This document shows, piece after piece, positions 19,780 to 20,000 of a DNA stretch of 20,000 nucleotides. The DNA is from Chthonomonadaceae bacterium. GTDB lineage: Bacteria > Armatimonadota > Chthonomonadetes > Chthonomonadales > Chthonomonadaceae. Where the stretch lies: assembly GCA_035650735.1 (NCBI GenBank), contig DASRGZ010000115.1:55187-75186 (forward strand). Reading direction: 5' to 3'. How positions within the stretch are numbered: position 1 is the first letter of the stretch; every line of letters starts with the position of its first letter. Under the pieces are notes generated by a model. It had not been told where the DNA came from. It ran no database searches and was given only the letters and a program-made list of their open reading frames with translations. Made by a program: the position numbers and the translations under genes.

Positions 19780-19861
19780 GCGGCTGATGACCTTGGATTG
19801 TCTAAGGGGGCAGTTTTTCTAACTCCACTATCCGGTTAGATTGTCAAAGGTCATCAGCCGC
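19780..19861. repeat. 82-bp element with 26-bp imperfect terminal inverted repeats (MITE/REP-like)
   Basis: GCGGCTGATGACCTTGGATTGTCTAA (19780-19805) versus the reverse complement of 19836-19861, GCGGCTGATGACCTTTGACAATCTAA: 22/26 identical, outer 15 bp perfect. Confidence 0.8.
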
Positions 19862-20000
19862 AGCAACCAAGGCACAAAACCCCCCGGCCTTATAAGGGAA
19901 GGTTTTTCACGCGGCCCTCTGTTGTAGCGTTTTGGGAGGCGGTTGGGCCGCCGTTGCCCCCGCAACGGATTGGGGCCAGGGTTCGGGCAGAAACCGGCCC

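Overview
GC-rich bacterial chromosomal window with mixed accessory and metabolic content; the protein style is reminiscent of Armatimonadota (inference only). Left part: the 3' end of a hypothetical gene, a protein with three tandem excisionase-like (HTH_17) helix-turn-helix units, a small exported protein, a SAM-dependent methyltransferase and a small membrane protein. Centre: a Pol-beta-superfamily (YgxA-like) nucleotidyltransferase translationally coupled to a divergent UvrA, followed by a VOC/glyoxalase gene, a MerR regulator with a textbook 19-bp-spacer promoter, two small ORFs and an amidase. Right part, minus strand: a zinc-ribbon protein, an FG-GAP/VCBS repeat protein, a clan GH-A glycoside hydrolase, a PH-like protein, and a sugar ABC binding protein with a single permease; an AI-2E transporter follows on the plus strand. 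The most striking non-coding signal is a hairpin/palindrome, GCCAGGGACA-N6-TGTCCCTGGC, found four times in intergenic DNA (984, 4288, 8916, 10153). It shows compensatory and G-T wobble changes, and in three copies is followed at fixed spacing by an extended -10-like motif. Other repeat families occur at about 13.9, 15.96, 16.15 and 19.8 kb. No rRNA, tRNA, CRISPR array, transposase or integrase was recognised.
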